Assembly: GCF_009914755.1 (NCBI RefSeq)
Contig: NC_060928.1
DNA length: 64,000 nt
Direction: 5' to 3' (one strand)
DNA from: the human T2T-CHM13v2.0 reference genome, Homo sapiens
Shown: positions 14,010 through 28,954 of the stretch, in pieces
Position numbering within the stretch: position 1 is the first letter of the stretch
Layout: each line of letters opens with the position of its first letter
Translations under genes and position numbers: made by a program
Notes under the pieces: model-generated
The model's input: only the letters and a program-made list of their open reading frames with translations
What the model was told of the DNA's origin: nothing
The model's database searches: none

Positions 14010-16731
14010 CTATCTGCTGCCTTCAGGAGACTCACCTAACACATAAGGACTCACATAAACTTAAAGTAAAGGGGTGGAAAAAGGCATTTCATGCAAATGG
14101 ACACCAAAAGTGAGCAGGGTTAGCTATGCTTATATCAGACAAAACAAACTTTAAAGCAACAGCAGTTAAAAGAGACGAAGAGGGACATTATATAATGGTA
14201 AAAGGCCTTGTCCAACAGGAAAATATCACAATCCTAAACATATGCACCTAACACTGACACTCCCAAATTTATAGAACAATTACTAATAGACCTAAGAAAT
14301 GAGATAGACAGCAACACAATAATAGTGGGGGACTTCAATACGTCACTGACAGCAGTAGACAGGTCATCAAGACAGAAAGTCAACAAAGAAACAATGGATT
14401 TAAATTATACCTTGGAACAAATGGACTTAACAGATATATACAGAACATTTCATCCAATAACCGCAGGATATGCATTCTATTCAACAGCACATGGAACTTT
14501 CTCCAAGACAGACCATATGATAGGCCACAAAATGAGCCTAAATAAATTTAAGAAAATTGAAATTATATCAAACACTCTCTCAGACCACAGTGGAATAAAA
14601 CTGGAAATCAACTCCAAAAGGAACCTACAAAACCATGCAAATACATGGAAATTTAAAAACCTGCTCCTGAATGAACATTGGGTCAAAAACAAAATCAATA
14701 TGGAAATTTAAAAAATTCTTCAAACTGAACAACAATAATGATACTAGCTATCAAAATCTCTGGGATACAGCAAAGGCAGTGCTAAGAGGAGCGTTCATAG
14801 TCCTAAATGCCTACATCGAAAAGACTGAAAGAGCAGAAACTGATACTCTAAGGTCACACCTCAAGGAACTAGAGAAACAAAAACAAACCAAACCCAAACT
14901 TAGCAGAAGAAAGAAAATAACCAAGATCAGAGCAGAACTTAATGAAATTGAAACAACAACAACAACAACAAAAATATAAAAGATAAATGAAACAAGAAGC
15001 TGGTTCTTTGAAAAGATAAATCAAATTGATAGACTATTAGCAAGATTAACCAAGAAAAGAAGGGAGAAAATCCAAATAACCTCATTGAGAAATGAAATAG
15101 GAGATTTTACAACTGATACCACTGAAATACAAAAGATCATTCAAGGCTACTGTGAACGCCTTTATGCACATAAACTAGAAAACCTAGAAGAGATGGATGA
15201 ATTCCTGGAAAAATACAACCCTCCCAGCTTAAATCATGAAGAATTAGATACCCTAAACAGAACAATAACAAGCAGTGAGATTGAAATGGTAATCAAAAAA
15301 TTACCAACAAGAAAAAGTTCAGAACCAGATGGATTCACAGCAGAATTCTACTGGACATTCAAAGAAGAATTGGTACCAATCCTTTTGACACCATTCCACA
15401 AGGTAGAGAAACCCTCCCTAATTCATTCTATGAAACCAGCATCACCCTAATACCAAAACCAGGAAAGGACATAATCAAAAAAGAAAACTACAGACCAATA
15501 CCCCTGATGAACACAGATGTTAAAATCCTTAACAAAATAGTAACTGATCAAATCCAACAACATATCGAAAAGATAATCCACCATGATCAAGTGGGTTTCC
15601 TACCAAGGAGGCAGGGATGGTTTAACATATGCAAGTCAATAAATTTTTGATACACCACATAAACAGAATTAAAAACAAAAATCACATGATCATCCCTTTA
15701 TGATTAAAACTCTCAGCAAAATCGGCATACAAGGGACATACCTCAGTATAATAAAAGCCATCTATGACAAACCCACAGCCAACATAATACTGAATGGGGA
15801 AAAGTTGAAAGCATTCCCTCTGAGAAGTGGAACAAGACAAGGATGCTCACTCTTACCACTCCTCTTCAATGTAGTACTGAAAGTCCTAACCAGAGCAATC
15901 AGACAAGAGAAAGAAATAAAGGGCATGCAAATCAGTAAAGGGGAAGTCAAACTGTCACTGTTAGCTGATGATATGATCATTTACCTTGAAAACCCTAAAG
16001 ACTCCTCCAGAAAGCTCCTAGAACTGATAAAAGAATTCAGCAAAGTTTCTGGATAAAGATTAATGTACAGAAATCAGTAGCTCTTCTACACACCAACAGT
16101 GACCAAGTGGAGAATCAAATCACAAACTCAACCCCTTTTACAATAGCTGCAAAAAAATAAAATACTTAGGAATATACCTAACCAAGGAGTCAAAAGACCC
16201 CTACAAGGAAAACTACAAAACACTGCTGAAAGAAATCGTAGATAACACAAACAAAAGGAAACACGTCCCATGCTCATGGATGGGCAAGAATCAATATTGT
16301 GAAAATGACCATACTGCCAAAAGCAATCTACAAATTCAATGCAATCCCCATCAAAATATCATCATCATTCTTCACAGAATTATAAAGAACAATTCTAAAA
16401 TTCATATGGAACTGAAAAAGACCCCGCATAGCCAAAGCAAGACTAAGCAAAAAGAACAAATCTGGAAGCATCACACTACCTGATTTCAAACTATACTATA
16501 AGGCCGTAGTCACCAAAACAGCATGGTACTGGTATAAAAATAGGCACACAGACCAACGGAACAGAATAGAGAACCCAGAAATAAACCCAAATACTTACAG
16601 CCAACTAATCTTCAACAAAGCAAACAAAAATATAAAGTGGAGAAAGGACATCCTTTTCAATAAATGGTGCTGGGATAATTGGCTAGCCACCTATCACACT
16701 ACTGCACTCCAGCCTGGGCGACAGATTAGAG

Positions 16732-17820
16732 ATCTTGATAAATAGAGAGATGTACCTTGTTCATGTATTTTGTAATGTTAAGGTATTAATTCTCCCCAAA
16801 TGGATCTACAGAATAAGCACAATCCCAGTCAAAATCCCAGAAGACTCTTTTTTTTGTATAAATTGCCAAGCTGGTTCTAAAATACAGAAATGAAAAGACC
16901 TAGAAGAATTAAAACTATTTTGAAAAAAAAAAGAACAAATTTGGAGGACTTACTCTATGTGCTCTCAAGGTTTACTATAAAGCTACAGTAATTAAGACAG
17001 TGTAGTTTCCATATAAGGATAGACATGTATCAATATATAGACACAGAGTCCAAAAATAAGCCCACATGTAAAAAAGATCAGCTAATCTTTGACAAAAGTG
17101 CCAAGGTAATCAAATGGGAGAAAAGATAATCTTTTAACAAATGATATTGGAACAACTAGTTATCTATATGGAAAACAAAATAAACCTTAAACCTTACTTC
17201 ACACAATAGAGAAAAACTAGCCTTAAATAAATCATATATCTAATTGTAAAAGCTAAAATTATAAATTTTCCAGGAGAAAGCCTTCATAATCTTGGGAAAG
17301 GCAAAGCTTTTATAGACAGAACACGGAATGCACTTAACACAAAAGAAAAGTTGATAAGTTGGACTTTATGAACAAACATTTCCATACTTCAAAAGACACA
17401 ATTAAATATAAGCTCTAGTAAATATAAAAAATATAAAAAGAACTAAAAAAACACAGTTAAGAAAATGAAAAGACAACTACAGACTGGGAGAAATATTCAC
17501 AAGACATATATCTGACCAAGAATTGTATACAAAATATATGAAAACATCAACAATCCAATAATAAGGTTAAATAATTTTTAAAAGTAGACAAAAATGTTAC
17601 ACATTCACAAGATAAGATATAGGAATAGCCATAAAGTGCATAAAGAGATACTCAATATCATTAGTCATCAGACAAATGTAGACTAAAGCTTCAATGAAGC
17701 ACCGTTACATATCCACTAAAATTGCTAAAATTACAAATATGACCACACCAAGTGTTGGTGAGAATGCAGAGCACTGAACATTGCTGGTAGAAATGTTAGA
17801 TCATACAATCGATTATTTTG
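16732..17820 (+). mobile_element. Old L1M ORF2 3' part
   Basis: aagaacaaatttggaggacttac, tactataaagctacagtaattaagacagtgtag, tttgacaaaagtgccaagg. Confidence 0.8.
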
Positions 17821-18855
17821 GAAAAGAACTCTGCAGAACTTTTAGAGATAAAATACAATCACTGAAACTAGAAACTCAATGGAAAGTTAAACAGAAGAAA
17901 ATACATGTCTGAAAAGAAAATTAGTTATCCGGAAGATAGATTTAAAGAAATAACCAGAATATAGCACAAAGAGATCAATAGCTAAAAAATATGAAAAATG
18001 CATGAAGAGACAGAGGTTAGTGTGAGAAAGTACAACTCAGCTGCCTAGACCTCCAGAAGGAGAAGATAGAGAGGATAAAGGTGATATCAAATAGCTGAAT
18101 TTCCCAGAAATTGTTGAATATATATATCAATCTCATATACAACCAACCCAACTGATAACAAGGAGGATAAATTAAAACAATGCACACCTAGGAAGATCCA
18201 AACTGCAGAACACCAAAGAAAAAGAGAAGACTATATAATAAAAGCAATCAGAGAGAAAAGATGAATTACTTAGTTAGGAATGGCAATTATACTGATGAAT
18301 TCTCAGCATCAACAAGGTAACTCAAAAGACAGTGGAACCATATTTTTGACGTGCTGAGATAAAATATCTGTCAACCTACAATTATGTTCTTGGTAAAACA
18401 ATCTTTCAAGAGAAGGGGTAAAATAAAGACCTTTTCAGGCAAACAAAAGCTGAACTTGACTTTAGGAGAATCACATGAAAGAAAATTTCAAGGACAAGAA
18501 TAAGTTAAATTATTACAAAAGGAAGGTCTGAGATTCAAGGAATGGTGAGCAAAGATACTGGCAAATATCAGGTAAATATAAACAAATACTGAGAATAAAA
18601 CAATAAGAATGTTTATAGGGTAAAAGAAAAGTAAAAATACTAGACAGAAATAGTGTAGAATTTGGAAGGGGTGATCAGGATTATAGCCTTATAAGAACTT
18701 GTATCTTTTTATTAGAAGGTAAAGTTAGTAATTAATTTTAGACTGTTAACCATGCATTTTAAGTAACTAAAGTTACTGCTAAAATAATAGACATCACAAT
18801 ATAACTTCTAAACTAATAGAGAAGGAAAAATAAATAATTCATAAAGAAGAAAAGA

Positions 18856-19146
18856 GGCTAGGCGCGGTGGCTCACACCTATAATCCCAGCACTTTGGGAG
18901 GCCGACGCAGGCGGATCACCTGAGGTCAGGAGTTCGAGACCAGACTGGCCAACAGGGTAAAACCCCATCTCTACTAAAAATACAAAAATTAGCTGGGTGT
19001 GGTGGTGGGCACCTGTAATCCCAGCTACTCGAGAGGCTGAGGCAAGAGAATCACTTGAATTCAGGAGGCAGAGGCTGCAGTGAGCCAAGATCGTGCCATT
19101 GCACAGCCTGGGTGACAGAGCAAGACTCTGTCTAAAAAAAAAAAAA
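18856..19146 (+). mobile_element. AluSx-like
   Basis: Full dimer, gatcacctgaggtcaggagttcgag. Confidence 0.9.
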
Positions 19147-19356
19147 GAAGAAGAAAAGGAAAAAAGAAAGCACAACAAATAGAAAATATACAACAAGATG
19201 TAATAAATTAATCCAAATATAAATAGATAAAAAAATAGTTAAGTGAAACCTGCCAATTAAAAGACAAATATTATTAAACTGAAAAAAAATATGAAATCAA
19301 GATATTTATAAAAGACTTATCTAAAACATAAGGATACAGTAATTTAAAAAAAAAAG

Positions 19357-19655
19357 GGCTAAGCATAGTGGCTCATGCCGGTAGTCCCAGTGCTTTTAGA
19401 GGCTGAAGCGGAAGGATGATTTGAGACCAGGATTTTGAGAATAGCCTGGGCAACATAGTGAGACCCTATCTCTACCACAAAATTAAAAATAAAAAAATTA
19501 GCGAGGCATGGTGGTACATACCTGTAGTCCCAGCTGCTCAGGAGGCTGAGGCGAGAAGGTTGCTTGAGCCCAGGAGTTTGAGATTATAGTGAGCTATGAC
19601 CGTGCCACTGCATTCCAGTCTGGGCAACAAAGCAAGACTCTGTCTATAAAAAAAA
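19357..19655 (+). mobile_element. AluJ
   Basis: Dimer with J diagnostics (gggcaacatagtgagaccc). Confidence 0.88.
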
Positions 19656-20681
19656 TGTATTTTAATCAAAAAAGTGAATAAAGATATGCCAGGTAAATGT
19701 TAACCAAAACAATTCTGGGTAATATTAGACATATATTATACCTAATGATTAAGATTCTACTCATTAGGAAGATACAACATTTATACAACTAATAATATAG
19801 TTTCAAATAACATGAAGTAAAAAATTGACAGCTACAAGAGATATTAACAAATCCACAATCATAGTTGAAGTTTTTCTAACATTTGTTTTAGTAATTGGTA
19901 GAGACAGATTTTTTTAAGTCAGTAATAATGTTAAAAATTAGAATAGCACAATAGACAATCAGGATCTATGATTCGCTCTCTCTCTCTCTCTCAGAATATA
20001 TATTCTTTTCAAGTATACATTTACCCATTTAGAGAAGTGACCACATGCTAGGCTTTAAGAAAACCTCAATAAATTCCAGCAGGTTGGTATTGTTCAGAAC
20101 GTATTATTTAACCGCTAGACAATTACATTGGAAATCAATAGCAAAAAAGGTAGAAAATCCTCATACCTTTAGAGATACAAAACACACTTCTAAAGAATTT
20201 CACAGAAGCGAGAGACTCTAATGGAAACTATAAAATATTTAAAATAGAATAACAAACTAGTACATATTAAAAATATATGAGATATAATGGTATTAAGAGT
20301 GAGTTTTATAGCCTCAAATGCTTAAACTGGAAAAGACGTCTCAACTGTGTGACCTAAGCATCCAATTTATGGAGCAAGAAAAAAAACAGCTGAATAATTC
20401 CCCCAAAAGTAGAAGAAACAACAAAATAAACATAAAAGCAGAAATGCATAAAATAAAAAACATAGTTCCAAGATAGAGAATCAACAAAGCTAAAAATTTG
20501 GCCTTCGACAATACTAATAAAATAGACAACAGCAAGATTAATGAAACAAAAACAGAGAGACATATAAACTAATTAGGAATTAATATGCACATATCTCTAG
20601 AGGCTGGAGAGAAAACAGATTATAAGATATGAACAAATTTGGGACAATTCGTTTGAAAACCTAGAGGAGATGAATACATCG

Positions 20682-21063
20682 TATTATGAGCTGAACTGTG
20701 TTCCCTCCAAATCCATATGTTAAAGTCCTAACCACCTGTACCTAAGAATATGCCTGTATTTGGAGATAGTGTCTTTAAAGAGGCCATTAAGTATAAATGA
20801 GATCATTAGGGTGGGCCATAATCCAATAGGATTGGTGTCATAAGAGGAGATAAGGACACAGATACACCGAGGAAAGACTGAGTGAAGACACGGGGAGAAG
20901 GTGGCCAACTACAAGCCAAAGAGAGGGGCCTTGGGAGAAGCCAACCCTGCTGACACCTTGATCTTGGACTTCCAGCCTCCAGAACTGTGAGGAAACACAT
21001 TTCTGTTGATTCAGCCATGCAGTCTGTGTCACTTTGTTATGGCAGTCCTAGCAAACTAATACA
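20682..21063 (+). mobile_element. MLT1B-like solo LTR
   Basis: tattatgagctgaactgtg ... gccaaccctgctgacaccttgatcttggacttccagcctccagaactgtgag ... ctagcaaactaataca. Confidence 0.88.
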
Positions 21064-21124
21064 CAAACTTAGAAAAAATCTCAATCATTAGCAAAACTAA
21101 ATCTGTAATTTAAAAGTGTTGTGC

Positions 21125-21460
<336 letters not shown>

Positions 21461-21590
21461 TCAAATGACTAGTTCTAGCTTGACCAAATATCCAAGAAAC
21501 AGACAATTTCAATTTCTTCCAGGGAATGAAAAAAGAGATTGTGAGGCTAGCCTGACATAGATATAAAAATCTTGAACAAAATATAAGCTG

Positions 21591-21974
<384 letters not shown>

Positions 21975-22445
21975 CTAAAGATAACACTGTTGATTAACAT
22001 ATTGGGTTGATCCTGGGAATTCAAGATCAATTAATATAACTCACCACTATAATAGATCTTTAAAGGAGAAAATTAAATAATGCAGAAAAGTCATTCGATA
22101 ACATTCAATGTCCATTCATGATAAAAATTCAGCAAGCTGAGAATAGAAAACAACTTTTTAATAAAAGACATCTTGCTTTTGTCCACTTTGTTAGTCTTGT
22201 GAAAGGCCCAGCCTTTGGCTGGGTTGATTCTCTTTATTGGAACTTTGTTTTTTATTCTGTGTGTTTCTGCTTTTATAACTTTTTCTGTAAAAGACATCCT
22301 CAAAAAAAAACTCTGAGAAAACATCATAAGTAATTATGAAATGTTGAAAACATTCTCTTTAAGAGCAGAAATACAACACGAATATCCACTGTCACCCTTT
22401 CTCTTTAAGATTGTTTGGAAAGCTTAGCCATGAAGTGAGAAAAGC

Positions 22446-22476
<31 letters not shown>

Positions 22477-22767
22477 GAGGAAGAGAGACACATAGAAGAA
22501 TCGGATAGAAAGGAACAAAATTGTCATTATTTGCGAAGTGATACAACTGTCTACATAGAAAATTAATCTCTAGAAAAACTATCATAATTAGTAAAATTGT
22601 ATAGCATGCTTGCTAAATAATATCATTTCACAAAAACCAACATTGTAATGCACTTGTAATGTATTGTAATGTAAAGATACCATTTGCAATCATAATAAAA
22701 ATATAATACTCAGTACAAAACCTAAAAAAGGACGTGCAAATCCTTCAAAGGCTCCATTTTCTCTATT

Positions 22768-23220
22768 AAAAATTGTTTATATTAAAGGTGCACAACATGA
22801 CATTTTGATATAAATATACACAGTGAAATGATTACTACGTTCCATCATCTCATATAGGTTCCTTTTTTGTGGTAAGAGCACCAAAAAATCTATACACATA
22901 ATGAAAGGAGATCCTGACATTTGGGATAACATACATGAACCTGGAAGACATTGTGCTCATTGAAATAATTCAGGCACAGAAAGACAAATACTGCACAATC
23001 TCATGCATAGGTGGAATCTTTTTAAAAATGTCGAACACATAGAAACAGAGTAGAAAGGTGGTTCCTGGGAGTGGAAGGAGGGCAAGGAAATGAGAGAGGT
23101 AGGCCAAAGGGTTCAAAGTTACATAGGATGAATAAGTCCATAGATGTAACATACACCATGAGAACTATAGTTAATAATATTGTCTTGTATACTGGAAATT
23201 TGCTAAGAGGGTAGATTTTA
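22768..23220 (-). mobile_element. L1MA (MA8/9-like) 3' end with 5' inversion
   Basis: Terminal segment antisense at ~22768-22892; the adjoining upstream segment is in sense orientation at ~22895-23220. Confidence 0.7.
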
Positions 23221-23224
23221 TGGG

Positions 23225-23455
23225 CTGCATTTTAACAGGATTTTTAGGTGATTTGTATGCACATTATAGTTTGAGAAGAACTCTTTTAGTGCAGTGGTTT
23301 TATCCTTAGCTGCATATTATAATAAAAACTTTATACACACACACACACCTATACACACACATGTTCCTGGACTCCCCTCATTCTAATGTGTAATAGGATT
23401 GGCATCAGTGTATCAATACAGTTCAAAAGGCTCCCCAGGTGATTCTCATCTAAAC
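23225..23455. mobile_element. MER5-type hAT MITE fragments
   Basis: ctgcattttaacagg...ggtgatt...gcacattatagtttgagaa, cagtggttttatccttagctgcatatta, ctccccaggtgattct. Confidence 0.6.
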
Positions 23456-23769
23456 CATTACTCAACTGGCTGATGGGAGAATGTGCTTGGAGAAAGGCAC
23501 ATGGAGGCTTCCAAGATAATAGTAATATTCTATTTTTTCATTTGGGTGATGGATATATTGGTACACTAGTCTTTAAATCATACACATATGTTTTATACAT
23601 TTTGTAGTAGCTTAAATTTCAGTGTAACACAATTAAATACCTCCTTAACAGCAGTAGTGTAATTTTTATTATTTAGTCATCTCATTACTTCCCTAATGCT
23701 GGGGACACATTCCTATGTTGTCTTTCTTAATTATCACAGAAATTTGGGATGGCTTCAAGTCACACTACC

Positions 23770-24138
23770 TGATATGGTTTGACTGTGTCCCCACCCAAAT
23801 CTCATCTTGAGTTGTAGATGCCATAATGCCCACATGTTGTGGGAGGAACTCAGTAGGAGGTAATTTAATCACATGGGAGATTACCCTCATGCTGTTCTCA
23901 TGATACTGAGTGAGTTCTCACAAGATCTGATGGTTTTATAAGGAGCTTTTCCTCCTTTTGCTCGGCACTTCTCCTTGCTGCTGCCACGTGAAGATGGGTA
24001 AGTTTGCTTCCCCTTCCGCCATGATTGTAAGTTTCCTGAGGCCTCCCCAGCCATGCTGAACTGTGAGTCAATTAAACCTCTTTCCTTTACCCAGTCTTGG
24101 GTATATCCTTATTAGCAGTGTGAGAATGGACTAATATA
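23770..24138 (+). mobile_element. THE1 (C/D-like) solo LTR
   Basis: tgatatggtttgactgtgtcccc...gaatggactaatata; TSD ctacc/ctact. Confidence 0.92.
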
Positions 24139-24900
24139 CTACTCATCATATAAATTTAAGCAACACCGGAAACAAAACTTGAATATGAGTCTGCCATTTT
24201 GAATAAATAAACCCATCATGGAATTGAAACACCTGAATGGCACATTCAAGATTTCACCGGATCAGCTTTTGCCAGTAAACGCCTGGCCAAGACTTTGGCT
24301 AATTAGAAAGTGCACTTTAACACTGGTGGTTTTTTTCCTTTCTTGCAAATAAAAAACTCTCATGAGCAGGTTTTCCCAACAGCCTCTAAAAATTTGGCCA
24401 ATCTTCACATACTCCAATAATAAGAACAACCATAAACAACAATTTGAACTTGGAACTTAAGGCTCAACATTCAAATTATTTTATCATAACAATGGAAGAA
24501 ATCATATTTATGTCACAATACTTTTGAAGGGAAAGTAGCCTGTGACTCTGTGCAGATGAAATGTAAATGCAGAGAAATCGCATTTTCTGTACTTAATTTT
24601 GATTGTAGGGAAATGGGTATCTTCATAGAGTCTATTACAGACACACACTGGCCCTGCCCCACCTTTGAGAGGTCTCCAGTGTCTTCTTTTCAAGGTTGCT
24701 TTTCAGACCTCATAATGTTGAGAGAGGTGTCACAAGGAGAATTCCCAACCCCTGAGCAAATGGGCAAAGTTGCAAGTACCCAGCAGAGCTGCTCAAATAT
24801 TGCTGCAACCAGAAATCCTTCATAATTGAGTGGGAAGCTTCTAGTAACCAGGAACAAAAAGCTGAGGAATTATTACAGGTTTCTTGAAAATTATTGGATT

Positions 24901-25589
<689 letters not shown>

Positions 25590-25729
25590 TAAAGTAACGA
25601 ATCACAGAATTATAAAGCCCTAAGTTAACTTAGAGAAAAAACTCAAATGTCCTTAGGGAAGCTGTGTCTCTGAGAGGCTAAAAAACTCTCTTAAAGTCAG
25701 ACAAGAAGTTTGTGACAAGATCGGGGTGA

Positions 25730-26185
25730 CACAATAGCAAAGACTTGGAACCAACCCAAATGTCCAACAATGATAGACTGGATTAAATGTGGCACATATG
25801 CACCATGGAATACTATGCAGCCATAAAAAATGATGAGTTCATGTCCTTTGTAGGGACATGGATGAAGCTGGAAACCATCATTCCTAGCAAACTATCGCAA
25901 GGACAAAGAACCAAACACTGCATGTTCTCACTTATAGGTGGGAATTGAACAATGAGAACCCTTGGACACAGGAAGGGGAACATCACACACCGGGGCCTGT
26001 TGTGGGGTCGGGGGAGGGGGGAGGGATAGCATTAGGAGATATACCTAATGTGAATGACGAGTTAATGGGTGCAGCACCCCAACATGGCACATGTATACAT
26101 ATGTAACAAACCTGCACGTTGTGCACATGTACCCTAGAACTTAAAGTATAATAATAATAATAAAAATATATATATATATATATAA
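25730..26185 (+). mobile_element. 5'-truncated young L1PA (PA3-5-like) 3' end inserted in a MIR
   Basis: L1PA 3'UTR with G-rich tract; 13-bp TSD aagatc(g/a)gggtga at 25717-25729 and 26186-26198. Confidence 0.92.
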
Positions 26186-26629
26186 AAGATCAGGGTGAGA
26201 ATCCAGGTCTCCTGTCTCCTTGAACTACCACTATTACAAAGACTCAAGAAATCGAGTATTGATTAACTGAATTAGGAATTCATAGGGTTTCTTGTTTGGT
26301 TGCAAATTTCAATTTTTACTTGGAGAGTGGCCACTCTAAATTACTGATACCTACTCTTTTACTGTATATGGTTTAACACTGAAGACTACTCACGTTATTT
26401 CACTGAAATAGGTTGTCTCACAAGAAACAGTGCTCACTGGGTTTCTCTCACCTGCTGACTGGCTATCCAGATAGCTATTTTTTAGAGACTAGATTTGGCA
26501 GTCAATGCCATTGTAAAAAGTATAATCTATTTTAAATATTTAATCTACAGAATCATTTTACTCTCAAAAAATATTTTAATGTGATGCTCAATTAAAAAGC
26601 AACATAGGTTTAAGGCACAAAAATGGGAG

Positions 26630-26890
26630 TGGGGAGAATATGGCAGTTCCTTAAGAAATTAAACATAGAATTACAATATGATCCAACTATTACGCTTCTG
26701 AGTATATACTCAAAATAACTGAAAGCAGGGACTCAGATACTTATACACCATTGGTTCATAGCAGCATTATTTACAACAGCCAAAAGATGGAAACAACACA
26801 AATGTCTATCCACAGATGAATGGATAGACAAAATGTGATATATATAATACATACAGTGGGATATTATTCACCTTTAAAAAGTAATGAAAG
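26630..26890 (+). mobile_element. Host L1MB-like 3' end, left part (resumes at 41521)
   Basis: tatggcagttcctt...aaatgtctatccacagatgaatggatagacaaaatgtg; breaks at aaaaagtaatgaaa. Confidence 0.75.
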
Positions 26891-27901
26891 GGAAGATGGC
26901 AAAGTAAGAAGCACCAGGAATCTGGCTCCCCATCTAGACAGCAATTGCCCTGACAGTATCTGTCTGATATAACCCTTTGGAACTCTAGAGTCTATTGAAG
27001 GCTTGAAACTTCCAGGGGAGGCCTTGGATGGTAAATTGATGCTAATTTTGGCCAATTTCAGCTCTTAGCACCATAGTAGCTACTCATTCTTCACCTCCAG
27101 AGCTATGACAGGCAATTGCCCATGTCTTCCAAATATCAGGGATCTGTGCTCTAATCACTGATTGCTCTAACCACTGATTGCTATTTCTGATCATGGAGCT
27201 GCAGCCAAAGAGGTGACAGGCATTGTTTTTGCACTGCCCTCCATTGCTGCAAACCCCTCCTCTGGCTGAAGTGACTTCCAGTGGATTTAAGGAGCCAACG
27301 TTCTCCCCCACCCCTTCATTTTGCTTTTCATTTTTCTCTTTTGGGAGCCAGACATCAAAGACTAGGACATTCAAATGCAACTGCGTATATGGGAAGCTGT
27401 AGAAAATGGCTATTCATGCCCAGGGAAAGGCACAGGCTCAGGAGAGACCTGAGAATCTCTTAAGTTTTACCTCAGGCTTATCTTTGGCATGGAGACAGCT
27501 TAAAACACTTTAAAAAACAAAAACAGTAACAAAAACCCAGCAAACATGGTCAAGGGGAAAATCTGATTTCCAGAATTACAATATTATATTCAAATATGCA
27601 GTTTTCAATAAAAAAATAACAAGACAAATAAAGAAATGGGAAAAGTATGACACACACAGAGGAAAGTGACATATCAGGAGAAACTGTCCCTTTAAAAGAC
27701 CTGATAACAGATACACTATATGAAGACTTGAAAACAACCATCTCAAAGATGTTCAAAGAACTAAAGGAAGATGTTAAGAAGATCAAGAAAAAGATGTATG
27801 AACAAACTTAAAATATCAATAAAGAGATAGAAAACCTCCAAAAGAAACCAAAAAATCTGGAGTTGAAAAGTACAATAACTGAACTGCAAAATTCACTAGA
27901 A

Positions 27902-28121
27902 CAAGCTTGTCCAACCCACAGCCTGCAGGCCTCATGCAGCCCAGGATGGCTTTGAATGCAGCCTAACACAAATTTGTAAACTTTCTTAAAACATTATGAG
28001 ATTTTTAAAAATTAGTTTTTTAGCTCATCAGCTATCACTAGTATTAGTGTATTTTATGTGTGGCCCAAGACAATTCTTCTTCCAACGTGACCCAGGGAAG
28101 CCAAAAGATTGGTCACCCCTG
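27902..28121 (-). mobile_element. MER30 (hAT-Charlie MITE)
   Basis: caagcttgtccaacc...gattggtcacccctg; 8-bp TSD cactagaa/cactagag. Confidence 0.92.
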
Positions 28122-28460
28122 CACTAGAGGAACTCAAAGGCACATTTAATTAGGCAGGAAAAAAAATTGGTGAATTTGAAGATAGAACAGTGGAAAATAT
28201 TGAGTTTTAGAAGCAGAAGGAAAAAACTGGAGAAAAGTAAACAGAACTGAAGTGACCTGGGGAACACCATCGAGTGAACCAATATATGCATTATGGGAAT
28301 CAGAGAAGGAAAAGAGAGAGAGAAAGGGGCAGAGAGAATATTCGAAGAAATAATGGCAGAAAACTTCCCAAATTTGATGAAAGCCATGATTTAAACATTT
28401 AAGAGGCACAATGAACTCCAAGTAACACACATTCAAAGAGACCCACACCAAAACATATTA

Positions 28461-28954
28461 CTGCTGACCCTTGAATAACACAAGTTTGAACTGTGTGGAT
28501 CCACTTATATATATTGAATTTTTTCAATAAAAGTTACACCACGTGTGCCTGTCTCCCCTTTCACTTCCTCCATCTCTTCCACCTCCACCACCCCTGAGAC
28601 AGCAAGACCAACTCCTCCACTTTCTCCTCCTCTCAGCCTACTCAGTGTGAAGATGACAAGGATGAAGGCCTTTATGATGACCCACCTTAACTTAATAAAT
28701 GGTAAACTTATTTTCTCTTCCTTATAATTAATAACAGTTTCTTTTCTGTAGCTTACTTTGTTGTAAGAATACAACATATAATACACATAACCTACAAAAT
28801 ATCTGTTAATCAACCATTTATGTTATTGGTAAGGTTTCTGGGTTACTGTAGGCTATTAGTAGTTACGTTTTGGGAGAGTCAAAAGTTATGCATGGATTTT
28901 TGACTGCACAGGGGATTGGCACCCCTAACCCCTATTTTGTTTAAAAGTCAGCTG
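28461..28954 (+). mobile_element. Tigger2a/MER28 DNA transposon
   Basis: TIR-like ends ctgctgacccttgaataaca...tgtttaaaagtcagctg; TA on both sides. Confidence 0.88.
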
